DNA from: Utricularia gibba | Taxonomy: Eukaryota > Plantae > Magnoliophyta | Direction: 5' to 3' | Assembly (NCBI GenBank): GCA_002189035.1 | Contig: NEEC01000010.1 | Location: 806,001-870,000, forward strand | DNA: 64,000 nt | In this document: positions 1-15,008 of the stretch, in pieces | Numbering within the stretch: the first letter of the stretch is position 1 | Layout of the letters: every line of letters begins with the position of its first letter | Notes under the pieces: generated by a model | Databases searched by the model: none | The model's input: the letters and a program-made list of their open reading frames with translations, nothing else | What the model was told of the DNA's origin: nothing | Translations under genes and position numbers: made by a program

Positions 1-2799
1 ACTACACAAAAGTACGTGCCTAATTTTATGAAAAAAAATAATTATAAAATGAAATGCGTCGAAGACTATGTATTCCCCCAAAATCGATTTAGAAAGGTAT
101 TGACAATAATGTAGAAATGGAATTTCAAATTATACACATGACTAAGATGATTATTAACTTTAAAGAGCGCTCGGCTTGACAGACCACCGTTATTTATAAA
201 AAATAGACATAGTTTAATTTTTAATATTTTTTATAACTTATTTAAATATTTGCATATGTAGTGTAGTATTCAAAATCCTACAATTAATCTCTCTCCCATA
301 TCATTTTCCAATTTTCCGACCACCGCCTACTATCGCTGGCCACTTACTACCGGTGTTGCCAACCCCCAAAACGAAGCCGACGACTACAATTACCGTGTGC
401 CTCATTCGCAATGATGCTGCTCGTGCTTGCAATTGCTGCTCGCCATTTGTGTGACATCTGAAAAACAAGAATTTCGCATATTGTTGTAAAAATATTAATT
501 CTCGTCTTAAATAAATTTATAAACATATTTTTGAATAAAAAATCAATCAAATATGAATATATAATAAAATTAGAATTGAACACGAAAAATGAGATTCTTT
601 TTGTTTAGGTGCTAGTATATTCTATTTTGTCATGATTGAATATTAAGTTTAAATTATGATTAGCATAATTTAATGTAAATAAGCAAATCATATTACTATA
701 TGCAAATAGATATTATAACGTCTTGAGGCATTCAAGAGTTGTATGGCCATCACTATCATTATTTCACCCAAACAAAAAATTATTCATCAAACAAAACACG
801 AATTTAAGTCTATTTAAACTCTTTACTCGCCCAATTTTTAGTTTATCTCAAGTTAAATTTGTCTTATGATAAACATGTCACTATTTCCTCTTATTGTATC
901 TATCCTATTGTAATAAATAATTAGTATAATAATCTAATTAGTATGATCTAATAACCAATGATCATATATAACCATTTTGTCCCCAATGCACCACTTTATG
1001 CTTAGTTGGTCATATTAAGAAGAATTTAAATGATTTTACAAAACAACATCATCAACATGCCTAGAGTCTTAGTGTAAGAGAAAGAAAGCAAACAAAAACA
1101 ATATTAAAAAAAATTTCAACACGAAATATTAAAACGCTTGCTTGCGATTTAATGCTAGTTAGAAGTAATGTTGTTGATAATAAAACCTTCAGTTCAGTTC
1201 TTGACTTCATCTTCTTCTTGTTAGGTTACATATAATTGTATTGATATTGATACAACTTTCTAATTTAAAGAGATTAGTGATCTACGAACATGAGATAATT
1301 TTGATGTTTAGAAAGGAATTTATCTAAGTCTATCCTCAAAAAAATAAATCTCTTACAATTAGACTATGAAAAAAAGGGAAATTAGAAGTTATACTTCAGA
1401 AAAAGGAGGGATTAGAAGTAATAATCCGTAGATACCACAAACTCAAAAAGCTTGATAATCCAAGAGCGTTCAAGCACTCAAATAAAAGAAAATTCTTCAT
1501 AAAATTCATGAAAAATAAATTAAAGATACCTCAAAGAGTATATTTCTAGAATATTTATATTCTAAAATTGGGACCTAAAATTACAAAGCTCAAATTAAAT
1601 TAAAAAAGATTACCAAATCCAATAGCATACATTAATGATAATGATATGTTTTGGACTCTAAGATAGATATACTTTAATGTAGTTGAGTTTATTTGGTTGC
1701 AATATTTTTTTAACCCAATATGATTGACTAGATTTTTAAGTGTAGCTTCAATCTTTTTACTCTTAATCTTTGTGATTGGTTCAAATGAAATGATCTTGCT
1801 ATTCAAAATATCCACTTATGTCACATGCTCAATATCTTTCAAATGACTATCATCATCTTATTGGGACTCATAAGATATTAGGCTGCAATTTAAATTATAA
1901 ACCCAAGTGCAAGCTGAACTTGTAAAAAACCCATGAATGAATATGTGGAGTAGATTTGAAGATAAGGTAAGTTTCAATTATAAAACAATGTGTGGAGCTT
2001 ACATCTTGATAAGGATAAACATAATGGCTTTGAAGAGATGATAATCCGATGGTGAGTTTTGTTGATATTATGGTTAGATAATGAAGTAATTTATTTGACT
2101 TCTATTGATTGTTATCTCGAAAACTGTTAATGTATTATTAAATATTCATTTTGTTTATGAACATTGTGTTGATTTGTATTAATCAAGATCCACTAGTTTA
2201 TTGATAAATGATAGTGGATTTCATCTAAGTTGGAGAAGTATAGACATTTGTTTTGACCCGATCTGGATGTGTCCAAGTGAATACATTGTGCATTCCTTGT
2301 TTTTAAATTCGTTATCCTTACACATAGATAAATAAATAATTTAATCCAATAGATAAAGTTCAACACTTCCCCTAAGTTGTTCTTACGTTCTTTTTTTCTT
2401 TTCTACATCCTTTCTCTTATTATACTAAGTTATTTTAAAATATTTTTCTCTCTTTTCTTTTCTTTCAAAAATATTTTTGTCATCTCTTTGGAATTTGGTA
2501 TATCTTTTCATTCCTTTTGTCTCCATAATTATGTACCTGCACTATGCACTTTCGATTTCTTAGAATTTGAATTACTAAGAATATGGTGCATTACTCTAAT
2601 GAAGAAGATTAAATTAAAAGATTGAGGCTAAATAAAAAAATTAATCCCAATTTGGAATAAATCACTAAAACTATACTGCCACTTGTAAAAACATTTATAT
2701 ACTTAACAAATCCTAATTTCATAAAATAACAACATTCGTTTTGTAATTTAAAACTATTAAAAACTATGTGTCATCAACAAACATACACATGTTGCCTAT

Positions 2800-5263
2800 C
2801 AATTGAGTAACAAGCATATGAGGTGCGGCACGAGCATTTATAAACGCATTGTGATAAAGATTTTGAAAGAAATGAAAGATCTTAGATATTGCAGGAAGAT
2901 AAGTACTTGACGTCACATTTTAAGATTTGAGAATTGTCTCTATATGTTTTCATTGGAACTTAAAACACCTATTTATATACAAAGAATGTATATGTTATTT
3001 CTATAAAAATGAATTATTGTTGTGTTCATATATGTTTATTTTGTTCTGATGATTGGGCTTAGAGATTTGATGAGCCTGAGTATAGCTTTAATACTTTAGT
3101 AAATTTCATTTGACTTTGATATAGGATAATTAAATTTAAATAATTGCAAGGGTTAAAATTTTCCTTTTTCTTTTTATGAGAACTTTCTCTAGGATTTTCT
3201 TTACTCTCTAATAGTGTGTCAATGATTGCCTTGTCGTTTTTTTGATTAAGTCATCACTTTTCAACATTCCTCTTTGATGATTTAATTGAAACTCTTCTAT
3301 GATTTATTATGGGTTTCTTATTAACCTCAACAATTCTCACACCTTACAGAAATTGATTACAAAGAGGTATTTTTTAAGATTTTAGACACTTACTTCTCTT
3401 AGAGTATGAATTTTAATGTAGTATACCCTTTTTTCATGCACATTGTACTTAGTTTTTATGCATTTTATACATCCAAATATCATTGGATTTTGTGCTATAC
3501 TTATAGTGGATTTGTTGTTAATTTTGAGAATGATAGTTTTGTTGATCTTGAAACACATGTTTTTACATATTTTTATCAATCATTGAATGTGGTTTGCTGC
3601 TATGACATTAGTCATATATTCGACCGCTGTTGAAGACTGAGCAATAGTATTTTGCTTTTTGTTGTTCCAACCAAAAGTTGCAGATCCTAGATTAAACAAA
3701 TAACTAGTAATAGAGTTACAATCTTCTTAGTCACCTATAAAATCTGAGTCTATAAATCTTTCGATTTCTTTTTTAAAAGATACATATACGTATATTTAGT
3801 ATACTTATCAATAAATAATATAACATATATTTCCTCCATTTGTAACAATATTCATAGGCTCATGCACATCACTGATTATAACGTTCGATATACTTTGAGT
3901 TATGCTTCTTTTTTAGAATGGCAAATAATTGGTTGATGGCATTTCTCAACTGTACCATTACCATAATGTAGTTTTTTATGCCACAACTAAAGTTTCTCTA
4001 TAACAATATACAAACCTAAGGTTGAGAGGACTAATCTATAAGAAAAGTGAGAATATACGATCCATCATATGTAAGGTCAATATGATATTATTGTCTACAT
4101 CTCGTATAGTATATTGGTTGTCTTCTAGATTTATTCTGAATTATTTCTCAATGAGTTGACTAATTCTTAGCTAATAATGAGAATATTTAGAACATAATAC
4201 ACATATATAAGTTTTAGGAATTTTTATCCCATCCCTATATACATTAATCCTTGCTCTTTGATTGAAATACTGTTTCCATTAGTTATTTGAATGGATTTGG
4301 TCTATAGGAATGAGAATGTAAAAAATAGAATAAAATCATAAATTAAATGAAGACTACAATTACTATCCACCAACAAGACTCCATATTTTTTAAAGTAATT
4401 AGAAAAAACTAGAATACTTGGACTTGATAGCATTTTGATGTTCTCAAACATCAATTCATGATCTTTCCAGGACAAGAGTTTGGTGATTTTTTTATAAACT
4501 TTAAATAGTATTTTCTATGGTTCTATTAGTGAGGAACAGTTGATGATTAGATTATAAACATCCTCTACCATTGATTAGTAAAGTAGAGAGTGTACCTTAT
4601 TGAGCTTGTTGTTTCAAACATCTTTTTCTTCATTTATAGTAAAAGGTTCTTGTTGGGAAAGATTGAAGACATCCCAGAATTTGCACATATGAAAGTGGTT
4701 TGCATTTTATTTGAGTAGTTGGTATATTTCCCAGAACTTCCATCTAAGGGGATGATAATTGGGGGAATAAGTTTTCCATGTAGCTTTAGAAGGTAAAAGT
4801 TACCAAATGTTTTGTGTATAGATTGAGATTCACATTGGATTCAGCATAAAATACTTTGAAAGAAATGAAGGAGTTTGAATATTACAAGAAAATAAGAAAT
4901 TAATGTTAGATTTTTAAGGTTTGAGAGTTGCATCTATATGCTTGCATTGAAACTTATAAAAGTTATTTATAGACAAAGAATATATATGTTATTTATACAA
5001 AAGAATCTAAATATATAATTATCTTGTCATGGGGATTGGACTTAGAAACTTGATGGAATTGAGAATGGTTTTAATAATTGGATAACTTTAATTGAGTTGG
5101 GCTGAGGATAATAAAAAATCATTAGCAAGGTTAGAATTTTTCTCCTTATTCTTCTTCACTTGATTTGGACCTATTGAATTTTCTCCAGGATTTGCTTCCT
5201 TCTCTCACAGTGCATCAATCGTTGCCTTTGTCGTTCCTTCAATTAGATCATCACTTTTCAACA
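2800..5263 (-). mobile_element. Ancient, internally deleted Ty1/copia element: two diverged ~460-bp LTR-like repeats (~2800-3266, 4808-5263) around RT/RNase H remnants
   Basis: Both repeats share blocks such as tttgaaagaaatgaa, tatatgttattt and tcatcacttttcaaca. The minus strand has a PPT-like AAAGAGGAA directly before TGTTGA at 3266 and a PBS-like remnant (tacca-aa-tg) at 4801-4809. Minus 3380-3670 translates to copia RNase H-like QNTIAQSSTAVEY and INNKSTISIAQNP. No matching TSD found. Confidence 0.6.
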
Positions 5264-5759
5264 GTTTGCAAAGTTGTGGGCAATGATTGTCGACAGATAA
5301 TGTTGGATAACACATGGTTAGAAATAATAAAATCTAATTGGAAAAAATAGGATACTAAATTAAAATTAATTTGACCACTATGTAAATAAGATTACTTTTC
5401 TTCGATTTTAAACAGTGAAATAATTATGTATAACTTTAAAAGAATTGGAATATGGACAATATTTTTGGGTATCATTCATACCAGTTGGATAAACATTAGA
5501 AATTATTGGTATAAATTTTCCTAACTTTAAAAGTTAGAATTATAGTAGCAGAAACTCCTTTCTATTATTTTCCAGAGGACCGAAATGTCCACAAGCAAAC
5601 TTGAAAAATCGCCACACAACGTGAAGGCGATGGCATGACTTCATCAAGAGTTAGTTCAACAGACAAAGCTTGAAGAATCAAGAGCTCTTCTTCCTCCCCT
5701 ATGCAGATACTCACCACGAAATGCAGCATATCGAGTAGACCGTATTTCATCATTCAGTG

Positions 5760-6984
5760 CTAGAAGTAAGTTCCCTCCGGAGGCTGGACAAGCTTACGGT
5801 TGTAAGGAGCAGCCATTTCCATCTTCAGGCGCGTCAGTATGTCTTCCATCGTGAACTCGCGCTTCCAGCTCGATAGAAGTTCAAATTTCTTTGGCTCCAC
5901 CTGCAAAGGCACAAGCACTCATACTTCCTTTACTTGCTGGTGTCAAAGTCGTATGATTCAAAAAGAAAAGACTCGCTTTCCATACCACGCCAGTTTCATG
6001 GTTTACACAACTCATATTGATCCGGGAGTGGAAACACACGCTAGGAGGCTTCTCTGGATAATCCTTATCGCAGAAGAGCTTCAGCTGATAAATGCGTCCT
6101 TCGTGTACAGACTGAAAAGGGAAAAGTTTACTCTTTTTTTGCAAAAGAATGACTAACCACCATCAGGGTGAACACATGAAAATCAGGACTAATGTATGTA
6201 GAGTTTTGCAAAACAGTTCTTCTTGCACTTCCATATTTCTAATGCTACCCTATGAGCAATACGTATGAAGATCATCACTCATTCATATGGGACAATGCAG
6301 AATATGGGGTGAATACTCACATTGTGAGGACCTATGATGGTGCCTGTCCAAGACCGCATGTATATATCATCACCATCATCCATTCCGTAGCTCACAGTCC
6401 CATCCCCGATTCCCTTCTCTCCCCGTTCAAGTTCCTCCAGCAACCTGAAATTTCGTGGGACTGCAAAACAAAACAGAATGCATGAGATGGAGGGCGAAGG
6501 GGTTCATAGTAATCTCTTGCACTTCTTGATTTCTCAAATCCACCCAAGACCAATTTTCCCTAGTTGAACTTGAGGAAACTATGAAATAAAATTGACCAAA
6601 ATACGATAAGGAAGCCAGGTAGGGACAAATTATGCTTGTTAGCAACACACTTTCAATGAAATCATGTGGAGTTTAAGGCAGACACTGATGCGAATTTTTC
6701 AAGAAATGTCCCCTAAAGAGAAAATTCCCAATCAACAGCAGGGGTAAACAAACCGATTCATTTCTGCGGAACAAAACATCAAGATAACATGAATCCGGTA
6801 GATTCCTTGCTACAAATAAAAACCTAACACCTACACACACAAGAAAGAAAATAAGACAAATTCTTGCAGTTTGAGCACCATACAAAATAACCGAAAACGG
6901 GACATGAAAAGTGAAATCCAGGGGCAGGAGTCACAAAAAACCCATCATACCCACGACGCTGGATCCTGCTGAGCCGAGCGGCAT
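5760..6984 (-). CDS. UEV1: Ubiquitin-conjugating enzyme E2 variant (UEV1/MMS2), 146 aa, 4 exons
   Basis: Exons 6951-6984, 6321-6460, 5986-6111, 5760-5900, all GT-AG and phase-consistent. Translation [37 protein letters not shown]...[21 protein letters not shown]...[13 protein letters not shown]. Confidence 0.95.
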
Positions 6985-7235
6985 AGCGAGCTACGGTGGC
7001 GGAGAAGACAAGAGATCGGCTTGATGGAACAACGATGGGGAGATATTTGTGAAAAGGCGGGCGGAATAGAGGGAATCCCTGAAAAAGGAAACGCGAAGTT
7101 GAGAGGGAGGAGGTTTTTTAACAATTTTAAAAAATAAAAATTTTCCCCAATTTTTAAACATGAAAATAATCACCCAGAAAAAACACCATATTTTTATTAT
7201 TTTAAATTGGTGCGAAACTGACAGAGCTTGGATGT

Positions 7236-7255
7236 GGGGCGGGGCGGGGCGGGGC
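7236..7255 (+). repeat. (GGGGC)4 G-quadruplex-compatible motif upstream of UEV1
   Basis: ggggcggggcggggcggggc: four G4 tracts with single-C loops, ~250 bp upstream of the UEV1 ATG. Confidence 0.8.
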
Positions 7256-7375
7256 ATTCGAGGATTCGGATCCCTAGCCTTCTCTTGTCTTGAGCTTCAA
7301 ATGAATCGGTTCGGTTACCCGAAATCTGAACCCACTGGAACGCCTGTTTATACCCGGGCCTCGATACAAAATGTG

Positions 7376-7418
7376 TGGGCCAAGTTATAGGCCCATAAAT
7401 AAGCAACACTGCTGGGCC
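7376..7418. promoter_or_regulatory. Cluster of three site II (TGGGCY) motifs in the UEV1 promoter
   Basis: tgggcc 7376-7381, ggccca 7390-7395, tgggcc 7413-7418. Site II motifs are established TCP-binding elements. Confidence 0.5.
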
Positions 7419-8144
7419 AAGTTATCGTAACCCCTTTTAATTGGTTTTAAGGATTTTAATTTAAATGAACGCTGTTTGATAATCCTATTTATAGAAATTG
7501 AATTTAAAAAAAAATATAAATGAACTGATTTTTATTTAAAAAAGTGTAACTAAATTGTAATTCAATAATCCTACTTTTGTACATCTGGTCCCTTTTTTGA
7601 CAAGATTTGGTTGTAATAAATCTAATTTGGTAAAATTATGTATATAGAAATTGAATTTAAATAATAGTGAACACACCACAATCACAATCACAATCACAAT
7701 AATGGGGCAAATTGACTATGCCATGTGGGAAATTAGGGTAATTAATTTCTTAGAAGGTAGAAGGCATTATTGGGGGAAAGTGAAATGTGAATCAGGATTT
7801 ATTGCCATTCTCTCACATATGTCTAAGAAATCTGATCATTTTCAATGTTTTTTTTTTTTTTAACTCAATGTGTGTGAGGGCGTGAAATTGACCAGATTTC
7901 TAAATGGCCCCCCTCCCCTCCCCTTCACTACTTTTAAAAAGGCTCTTGGGAAACCAGGAGGTTGAATATTCATAATATTTTTGTTTTTAAACTCAATTAT
8001 AGTATTTGGCACAATTTCATTTTCATTTCGGAATTTTATTGTGTGGGAAAAGAAAAAGGAAATTAGTCGACCGAGTGGAAGTGTGGAACCCAATCAAACA
8101 AACAGAGAACCTTTGAGTGCTTGTACGAACTTTGAATTTTGTTT

Positions 8145-9317
<1,173 letters not shown>

Positions 9318-11199
9318 TTTGTGAGCTGGGGCGGTGAAATTTTTGAGCGAAATGGAAAAAGGTTGATGGGGTTGATCTGGTTAAAGAAAGGATGCATCTG
9401 AGGAAGCAACGTGGTGTAGTTAATGGGCGTGGCCCCTTCGCACCAATGGGAGTTTACGGAAATTTATTGAAGAGATGGAGAGGACGGTGACGGAGTGTCT
9501 ACTCTCTGCCAAAAATCGACGTAATATTTATTACGAATGGATATTTAATTATAATCATTATTGCCTTTTAGAACGAGACCAGATTCAGAAGTAGTAGGAT
9601 CGGAGTTCACCATGGGCGTCTCAACGGGTGATGCTGTTGGAGTGAGATTTCACCCCCCGGCCCCGGCGCCTCGCCGGAAAAACCGGAACGGGTCGCCGGC
9701 GAGCATGTGGGTTTCCCAGAGCCTGTCGAGATAGGCAGGAAGAGTGTTGGAATTGTCTTAGTCAACCGGGGCTTTTCTCTCTCCTCATCAAATTCATTAT
9801 TTATTTTCTACTTCAAAGTCATATAAGTTTTTTGTATGGATGCCCATCACGCATTTTCAAGTGTTTGCAAGTGATTATTTATGGGTTTTACAGCTAAATG
9901 ATGTTGTTACACCGCGGATGTCATGAAATTAATGGAGGCTCTCATCATAAGAGAAGTAAAGAATGCAATATAAATATACTATTTAACACACTTATCTATG
10001 TCATATTGTATATGAAAATCTATAGAAGAAAAAGTGATAAACAAAAATTTAGAACGTCCACCCGGAAATAAATTTCTTGCATAAAATAAATTCAAAAAAT
10101 TTAATACTCAAAAAATACAAATCAACACAAGATTTTTAGTGACATTATGGAGTAGAACATAAGTAGCTGATATTTTGTGGTGTGAAAACTTATGTATTAA
10201 GATTGCCACCATAAATTTTTAAGCCTTAATTAAACCTAACATGATGTAAACATCAAATAAAAAATTAAATCTAAGGTACACCAAACTAATCTAATTTACC
10301 ATACTAAAAATGTGATGCCTCGGGGATTTCAAGAGGTGTGTTGACTCAATTTTTGGTATCAAAACAATAATTTTTTTTTAATTTTAACAATTTAGGTCTA
10401 ACGGAATTAATCTCTTGGATTTTTAGATTCTAATTATCTAAAATTTTCTATACAACTTTGTATTTTCACCTACCATTTTATAAGAAAAATATGACTAGTA
10501 CTATAGGTTTCTATTAATCTCTACTTAAAAAATTATCTATAAAAATACATCTCACCTTTTTTTTATCTACTTTTAATATTGAGTTTTATATGGTGGTGTT
10601 TCATCTTTTTCCCCTCTTATCTATATTATTTTACTAATAAAAAAACATATAAACAATTTCAAGCTTTAGATCTTAAGTTAAATAAAACACATCCTTATTT
10701 TTTTTCAAAGGCATCACAACTAACTTTGTTATTTAATAAATGAAAAATCAGTGTCGTTGCAAATTAATAGAGTTTTCGAATAATATTCCTAGAAATGAGT
10801 CACTCAAATTAAAAATAAATCCACAAAATATCTACATACAGTCTACCAAAAAAGTAATAAATAATATTCCAAATAAAACGTCAGGTTATTTGTGTTTTTT
10901 TTCGTCGATTTACTCCCTAGTAGAGAATAATATTCCGAGAAATTAGTCACTCAATTGCTATGAAAACTCTGTCTTTGTCCCTTCGGTTTTTTTTTCTTCC
11001 TACCTCTTGGTTTTTCTTTCATTGTCTTCTCATTTTCTCTTCAAGAATTTCTCACTCTCCTCTTTCTAGAGATACGTGTATAACTTTCTTCCCTTTTTTC
11101 AAATATTTTTACTCTCCTCATTTATATGAGATCTTTTTCTAATTAAAATTTACTACAAAATCATGTGTTATCAATATTTGGGTCAAATCGTCAAGCCAC

Positions 11200-11690
11200 T
11201 ATAACCAATCATATTTATTTTCTGATAATTGTTGACGCTTTCATTTGAACTTTTGTTTTGAAGTTGAAGTGAGAGGCAAGTAGACGTACCGAACATTTTG
11301 TCGACTTGATGCAAAATCAGTTTTGCACTTCAATTAAAATAGTGAGGAGCGACAACTACCCTCAACTAAATGCAATTGAATTCTATGAAGAAAATGATAT
11401 TATAAAATATATTAAAATTAGAAAGAAAGCATCAACACATATTCAACATGGCAGGAGCATTTATATTTCATACTATTCATCTACTTAGCTTCTGGGGACA
11501 AGCAATTATTATAGCAACTTGAACACATTAGTTGTTTTTCAAAAAAATTACTTGATCACAAAACACCTTTTGAAAAACTTATGGGAATATCACCAAAACA
11601 CGATCATTTGAAGGTACTTTGATGCGTGTACTTTGTTAATAGTTAGAGTAAGGATCATAGGAGATTTGATTATCGCAACTATTTGTGTTG
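11200..11690 (+). mobile_element. Degraded Ty1/copia integrase remnant
   Basis: Fragments translate to YFLIIVDAF, QNQFCTSIKIVRSDN and KTPFEKL...HLKVL*C, with stops and frameshifts. Confidence 0.7.
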
Positions 11691-13880
11691 TAATGTGAAT
11701 TTTTATGTGCAAGTTTTTTTTTTTTATTTATCTATAGTTTCAAGACAAAACTAAGTGCACTTATATGTGATCCTCCTTTGTCTATCATCTTGTAGGATAA
11801 TTAAAATATGGTTATCTATAATCTCATCATTAAAAATGTTGCTGACTATAATTATTCTCTTCCTTCAAAATAAACTCTTTTCGAATTTTCGGTGTTGCTG
11901 TTTAAATATTGTAACTATTTCAGTAATACATTCTCCTTTACATCATGTTTTCATACATTACTGTGCGCATACATTCTCCGTTACATGATGTAACGTGTTT
12001 TACATCATGTTTTAGTTAATACTTTAATGCTAAAAAGCATACTAAAAAAACACACACCTTATTTCCTAATCCTTTGTTAAGTGTTGGAATATGTGTATAT
12101 AGGTAAATTTACTTGTGTTAAGATTAATAGGATCGGTTAGACCTAGTATTAATTATTCGATAAAATGGAAGATCAAAGTGTAAATAGTTTAGTTAACTTA
12201 AGAAAATTAAAATAAAAAAATATAGATATTAGTATGGATGTACCTGAATCGAGTCAACATACCTCCTGAAACCTTTGAGATATTCATGTTATTAATCCAT
12301 TAAATTATATTTAATAATTTGTTATATCATTACTTTAAATTTTGTATCTTGTTATTTACACCTTATTAACTATAACCAAGAATTAAAATCGATTGTGACA
12401 ATCATCATAAATAAACTTTCATATCACAAGTATCAATTCCTTGTGTTTGACATTAAAAACTACTATATATCGTGTGCTTAATTTATATTGCATGTGAATT
12501 AGAATTTTATAAATTTATTTGATACAAAAGTTTTCAATTTTTAAAATGATACACGAATTTTTGTTTATCACATCTAATTTTTTCTTATACAACCAAGCAA
12601 ATCAATACAAAAATCGTAATTTAGGCAAATCTTATTACACATCCAAATACATTCTTTAATATTTTTAGGGACAAAATCAAAATTTTTATTATTAAATTTT
12701 TATTTTTCAAATATTTGGATTGTATATGATACAATGCATTAGAAATCATAAAAAGTTGTATAGAAAATAATTATTAGGTATTAAAAAATTATTATTGCTT
12801 AAAAAATATCTATTTATAATATATTTTAAAACATCTAAGTAAGAAAATATTTTTTATACAGCATTTACGTTTTATGAAAATAAAAAAAATCTTATATAAC
12901 TTTTATGTTTTATGGGCCAATTCAATTGGGCCTCGCTCAATAACTTGTTGGCCGATTTTTAAATTATTTGTTTTATTTTTTCAATTTTTGGCATGATATT
13001 TATACTTTTCTCTTATCGTTATTTAAGTAATGCTATGAATTCAAAAACTGATGTTGTAGAATATATGATAGCCGATAGGATACATGAATTCGATTAAAAC
13101 TTATTCCTAACAATTATATTATTGCAGAAGATGGGCTAACTTTCTTCAAGCATAATGCATCCAATTGCTGACGTTTGAAAAACACGTGGTTTCATTAGTG
13201 TATTTTTCTAACTTCAAACGTAAAAATGGAGATGTGTTGTGTGTGAAAAAATAAATGAATTTAAATCATGAATTGAATATGTTTGGATATGTCCGACTTG
13301 GACAAAGTGGAGGTAAGACGTGAGAGGTCTTCAAGAGCCATCGGTAATAACATTAAAAGGAATTCCCCTTCTCTTAATTTGATTTTTGCTTTTTTTTAAT
13401 ACTTAAATGAGGACATATGAATGCCTTACAGGCCCATCGGTTCCGCGTGTCGCCGTGTCGATTCAGCGTAGGGAGGGGTTCATCCCATTCACCCATTCAA
13501 GACACTCCCTTCATCATTCACGTCTGGAACTTCCATTGCAATCCAGAAACCCGAAAAAATCCTTGAAATCGGAAGGGTTATACTTTCTGCTTCCTGAAGG
13601 TGGTTTGTTTTCTTGATTGGGTTCTCTTTTCCCTTCGCTTTGAATCTTCTACTTTGGCTGGAGCCCTAAATTGGTTGCTGCTCGCTGCAGTTGCTTCTTG
13701 ATTTGGGTGTTCCATCCCGCCCTTTTACACGCCTGTTTTCCCAATTCCTTCTGATACCCAGAAGTCGGTATCTCGTCGCGGTTGATTGGAAGCTGCGTTT
13801 TGTTGAGCTGAAATTGAACTGCTTTGATGTACTCATCTTCTTTTTGTTAGATATGATTGCTGCTTCGTTCGCATTTTGGA

Positions 13881-15008
13881 ATGTTGCCGTTTCGGAATCC
13901 AATTCCATCAGCAGACCATTCCTTCGTTTCCCTTGCTTCACAAGGTACCCACTTTGTTTATCTTCTTCACAAGTAATTATTTATGATAGTAATTCATACC
14001 TCAGGCTTTTCAGCAGGCAATGCGTCATCATCAAGTTCTCTGATCTCTCCTAGAATCAACCTTAGTGCAGAGTTCAGTCGTGCCCTCAATTCAAGGTCTT
14101 TTGGTGAGATTCGAAGAACATTCACTGAGAACTTTTCTTTTGGTGACTTAGAAGCTGGGCAGTTGGATGCCTTGGCCGAATCTCAGCTTCTGAAACCAAG
14201 CCCTGAGTATGTTCAGAAGGCTCTTTTGCTGATTAAGCGTGAATCTCTTGCTCATCTTGTTGCTGAGTTCTTCAATGAAAGCGAGAAGGCGCTACGGTTA
14301 TGTGTAGTTGTGTACGGGAGAGTTCAACAAGCTCGTCAAATTTATCAGCCCATACGTGATGCCCTTCATGACATTCCCCTGGAGTTCAATTGGGATTCTT
14401 GCTCCCTGGCCTCGCCCAAATGCAAGTTTGCGGTCGAATCTTTCCTCCAGTGGGATAAACTGGGGAACCCCTTTTCCTCCATCGATTCAAGTAGATTCGA
14501 TAGCATCTGTGGAAACCTAAAGCGGCTCGGACAGGACCTTGCCCATTCCAAAAGGTCCAAATCGAAGAATCTCTCCGGTGGCTTTCGCCAATGGTACAAT
14601 TGTGTAAGCTCCAGTGTTAACTGCACGTCCCCTATTCCTCTCCGAAGGCTTGCCCGGAGCCGCCCAGACCGGGAACAGGTTAGCCCATCTTGCTCACAGC
14701 TTGCAAAAGCTGCTTCAGAAGGTGCTCTGTTTGTTCATCATCTGAGCACCATTCGTCCCCTGGTATCCCGTCTTCATTCCACTGTCGAAAGCGACAAGGA
14801 TCTCATTCGATACCTTCGAGTCGGGCTGGGCGAGGACATGGACAGGTACGCCATCCACGAGGCACTGAAGCATCTCCAAACAAACCGGCCAGGTTTCGAT
14901 AACTATCTCTTGGAACTTGAGGATCACTTGATGTTGTGCTGTTCAGATGTCAAAAAGGCAAGAGTCCGCCTCTTCCAGGAGATCTGCGGACACTCCAACT
15001 CCATGTAA
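13881..15008 (+). CDS. UPF0496/DUF677-family protein (At3g19330-like), divergent, ~355 aa, 2 exons
   Basis: Exon 13881-13944, a 60-nt GT-AG intron containing a stop, then 14005-15008 in frame. Family-like blocks: PRINLSAEF, LQWDKLGNPF, STIRPLVSRLHSTVESDKDLI, LELEDHLMLCCSDVKKARVRLFQEI. Confidence 0.8.

Noticed and set aside
9640-9660. GVRFHP as the start of a NAC domain
   Set aside because: There is no following TDEEL or any other NAC subdomain.
12075-12570. Solo LTR
   Set aside because: The content is LTR-like, but I found no matching TSD or definable ends.
13983-14004. ORF-track ATG at 13983 as the start of the UPF0496 gene
   Set aside because: It lies within a probable 60-nt intron; the upstream exon at 13881-13944 splices in phase.
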